64,000 nt of DNA from an uncultured Acidobacteriota bacterium (GTDB lineage Bacteria; Acidobacteriota; JAQAZP01), in contig CAWIIB010000001.1 in NCBI GenBank assembly GCA_963836075.1, positions 1,664,001 to 1,728,000 of the forward strand, in the 5' to 3' direction. This document shows, one piece after another, positions 60,968 to 64,000 of this stretch. Every line of letters starts with the position of its first letter. Position 1 is the stretch's first letter. The translations under genes and the position numbers were made by a program. The notes below the pieces were generated by a model. The model had not been told where the DNA came from. It ran no database searches and worked only from the letters and a program-made list of their open reading frames with translations.

Positions 60968-61668
60968 CTACTCCTCCTCCACCTCCACTCCACTTCCTTC
61001 TCCACATCGGTGTCGGTGACCACTTTGTAGGCGTAGCGCTTCTTGATCTCCTTGTGCGGTCGGATTTGGTCATCTCCGTGCCGTCGTTGGGGCAGACATA
61101 GGCGCCCTTGTCCTTGTCCCTGGGCACCGAGATCACCAGGCCGCACTCACTGCAGGTGTAGGCCAGGCCGCTGTGGACGGTCTCGAACTGCTTGCAGATC
61201 ACGTTCTTGTCCTTGTCCGTGACAACAGCGCAGTGTTTGCCGTGGTGGTCCCATGACTGGTGGGTCTCCTTCACTGATGAAGATGGCGTGGTGCCCGCCT
61301 TCAAGGTGGTGCTCCTCGCCGGTGGTCACCTCGGTCCAGGTGTCGGAACCGTCGGAGGTGGTGATGATCTTGACCACCTGGGGTTCGCCCTCGTCACCGT
61401 CCAGGGCGATGGTGAATACCGAGTTCTCCTCGCCCTCCTCGCCGGTGTAGGTGAAGGTCCAGGCGTCCCCGTCCTGCTTCATGGTCAGCGTGCCGTCCCC
61501 CACCTCGATCACCTTGCCGTCTTCCAGCTCGTCGGCGGAGAGGGCGATGGCCTCGACCTTCTTGGTGCAGGCCTTTTCGTGCTTCTCACAGCCGGGCCCG
61601 GCAGTGGCCGGGAGCACCGCGCCGGCCAGGATACAGAAAGCCGCGAACAGGTAGAGATATTTACGCAT
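60968..61668 (-). CDS. Hypothetical secreted protein with CxxC/CPxD zinc-ribbon-like motif; frameshifts
   Basis: Signal peptide MRKYLYLF; YTCSECG...YVCPNDGTEM in the second frame; acidic tail. Confidence 0.6.
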
Positions 61669-61812
61669 GAACGATCCTCCTCGATTGCTGATTACCCGAA
61701 CCTCGATCCGGGCCAAAATGGCACAACCGCCCGTTGTGCGGGCGCCGTTCCTTTCAAATTCCTGTCGATATGGCGCGAAGCATACCGCCTGCAGACTCTA
61801 TACCAGGTATTC

Positions 61813-61828
61813 AGCAATTTCCATGCCT
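61813..61828 (-). promoter_or_regulatory. Possible sigma54 promoter
   Basis: Minus strand AGGCAT-GGAAA-TTGCT (GG-N10-GC). Confidence 0.5.
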
Positions 61829-61841
61829 GCCAGGGGGGGGA

Positions 61842-62892
61842 TCAGGAGGCGGGGGGAGAGCCCTCGGGAAGGACGGTGGTGAAATACCACCAGTAGTCCT
61901 CGGCCAGTTTGCCGCCGTCGGGGGTCATCAGCCCCTCCCCGCGCAGGGTGACGGTGTAGGTCTGGCCGGGCTCCAGGGGCCGCAGCGGGTCGAAGACACA
62001 GGTCCGCGAGTCATCGAGGCAGTAGACCCCACCGGTCACCGGGTGGCCGGAACGGTCCACCAGCAGCAGGTCGCGGGGGTCGAGGCTGACGGGGTCGATG
62101 GCGCTGTTGAGGCGGAAGCGGATGTCCTGCTCCAGCGCGACCCCGGTGGAGAGGTGGCGGGGCTGGTGGTCCACCAGCACCAGGCTCGAGGTGTTGCGCG
62201 GCGGTGGCTCGTCTGCCGTGGCCGGGACACTGTAGTCTCCGGTGGCCGCGAGCACCGCCTCCGTGCCATACCAGACCATCTCCGGCGGCGGAGCGATGGC
62301 CACCAGGGCCTCGGGAACCGGCGGGACGAGCAGGGCGCCAAATGCCGCGTCGCTGTCGTCGATGGCCTCGATCAGCAGCACGGCCAGAACCACCGCGGCC
62401 AGGCCGGCCACCACCACCACGGCCACCGGCGTTTTTTCCAGCACGATGCCCACACCGGCGTTCTCACCCTCCCGCAGGGTGAAGGTCTCGCTGGTATCGC
62501 CGCTCAGACTCCTCCCACTGGCCATCGTCGGTGACCAGGCAGCGGACATCGGCGGCGTAGTCACCGGGCACCAGCCCGCCCATCCGCCAGTGGCCCGACA
62601 CTTCCCGCCGCAGCAGCTGCCGCTGCCCGCTATCAAGGTAGTAGAGTTCGGTGATCACGCCGTCCACCGTGGGCCGGCCACGCCGGCGGTCCTTCTCCTC
62701 GAGGTAAACCGCAAGGCTCACCGAGGTGTCGCTGTCCAGCGAGGCTTCGCTGACCACTTTGGTACTGACACAGCCGGAAACTGAAAAAAGGAACAGGCAG
62801 AACGTCATCACCAGGGCCAGTAAACGCCTGAAGCCCGCACGACAATCTCTTCTCCGCAACGCTCGAACCGGCGGCCAACCTGAGGTATTCAT
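61842..62892 (-). CDS. Lipoprotein with C-terminal bacterial Ig-like (Big_5-type) domain; frameshift near 62530
   Basis: Lipobox VSGC; C-terminal P...L.PG.TYTVTL...G..LAEDY.W.FTT. Confidence 0.75.
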
Positions 62893-62965
62893 GTTTTCCC
62901 TCTCCCTGTTCCATCCACACCGGGCCGGTTTGATACCGCCCCTCCCGAAAACAGCCTTCATACAT

Positions 62966-62981
62966 AGCAACCCTCATGCCA
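62966..62981 (-). promoter_or_regulatory. Sigma54 -24/-12 promoter
   Basis: Minus strand TGGCAT-GAGGG-TTGCT; AT-rich tract and TCCGGA palindromes upstream. Confidence 0.75.
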
Positions 62982-63267
62982 TCGGCAACCAGTTGACCAA
63001 AAAATCACATGTCTTTCAAATTCAACCACTTATCATCACTTCCGGACCTGGATGTTTCGGATGGAAAAAGATGGACGGCCCTGAATTCACATGTTCCGGA
63101 CACTGAGCGGGAAAAAGAATCACACCGTAAACAGTTCTTCTTACTGGTTGTTTTCCAGCCGGCCAATCTGGAGTAAACTGGGAGAATCAACGGCCCGCTG
63201 GTGGCCCAGGACATCGGGCAACCGGTGGACAGCTCTGTGATTCACGAGACCTGAAACGGGAGCCGTC

Positions 63268-64000
63268 ATGACCGTTCGGATTACAACGCTCAGCGAAAAC
63301 CAGGCCACCTTCGGCTGCCTGGCCGAATGGGGTTTGAGCATGCTGCTGGAAGCAGACGGCATCAAAGTATTGCTGGACACCGGCATGGGAATAGCCGCGC
63401 TGCACAACGCAGACCACCTGGGTGTCGATTTCAGCGACCTGGACGCCATCGTCCTCAGCCATGGGCACGTGGACCACACCGGCGGGTTGAGAGCGGTGCT
63501 CCAGCGCTCGGGTCCGGTGCGGGTGGTGGCCCATCCACAGGTCTGGGAGAGCAAATTCAGCGGTCGGGAGGGACCGCCGTATACGGAGATCGGCATGCCC
63601 TTCTCCCGGGCAGAGCTGGAGGAGCTTGGCGCCGATTTCCTCCTGAGCCGTGAGCCGGTGCACCTTTCGCCCCGCCTGGTGACCAGCGGTGAGGTGCCGA
63701 TGCACACCGATTTTGAAGCGGTGGACGACGGCCTGCTGCACTCCTCTGCCGAAGGCCCGACAGCCGATCCACTGGTGGACGATCTGTCGCTGGCCGTGCG
63801 GATGGACGACGGGCTGGTCGCCATCCTCGGCTGTGCCCACCGCGGGCCGATCAACACCATCGAGCAGTTGCGGCGGGCGGCCGGCGAGCCGCGTGTACGG
63901 GCCGTGGTGGGCGGGACACACCTGGTGCACGCATCCGATGAGCGGATCAGAACGACCATTGACCGGTTCCGGGAATTGGGCGTGACCACCGTCGCCTGCT
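63268..64000 (+). CDS. MBL-fold metallo-hydrolase (COG1237), 3' truncated; absent from the ORF track
   Basis: Manual translation: MTVRITTLSEN..EWGLS..LLDTG..SHGHVDHTGGL..GCAHRG..GGTHL. Confidence 0.9.
   Translation, partial: MTVRITTLSENQATFGCLAEWGLSMLLEADGIKVLLDTGMGIAALHNADHLGVDFSDLDAIVLSHGHVDHTGGLRAVLQRSGPVRVVAHPQVWESKFSGREGPPYTEIGMPFSRAELEELGADFLLSREPVHLSPRLVTSGEVPMHTDFEAVDDGLLHSSAEGPTADPLVDDLSLAVRMDDGLVAILGCAHRGPINTIEQLRRAAGEPRVRAVVGGTHLVHASDERIRTTIDRFRELGVTTVAC

Noticed and set aside
14091-62892. Many frameshifts read as pseudogenisation or programmed frameshifting
   Set aside because: Single-base indels are scattered over unrelated genes, catalytic motifs are intact and I saw no in-frame stops. 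Long-read error is the simplest explanation; read polishing would settle it.

Overview
GC-rich diderm bacterial DNA, possibly Acidobacteriota (inferred from gene content only). Many scattered single-base frameshifts look like long-read errors. Left part (1-44.4 kb): a mostly + strand catabolic/envelope island that starts with a MalT-like LuxR regulator. It holds four Cys-type sulfatases, six DUF1254/DUF1214 paralogues in three pairs, six outer-membrane barrels (DcaP-like, neuromedin-U-like, MetA/COG4313-like, an unnamed barrel, two DUF481), two amidohydrolases, CobW, ThrE, MscS, AI-2E and an ElaB/YqjE-like pair. Four promoters in the island share a tandem-repeat architecture. An AbiE toxin-antitoxin pair plus AAA ATPase interrupts the island. 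Two gene blocks are bracketed by duplicated 3' ends of the upstream gene. Right part (44.5-64 kb): mostly - strand, with three unrelated secreted proteins (HAF-repeat, FG-GAP, S8 protease) that share an unnamed ~110-120 aa C-terminal domain, a candidate sorting/anchoring signal. Nearby are a sigma54 activator, an ECF/anti-sigma operon and an ECF-Ser/Thr kinase module. No CRISPR, rRNA, tRNA, transposase or integrase was seen.
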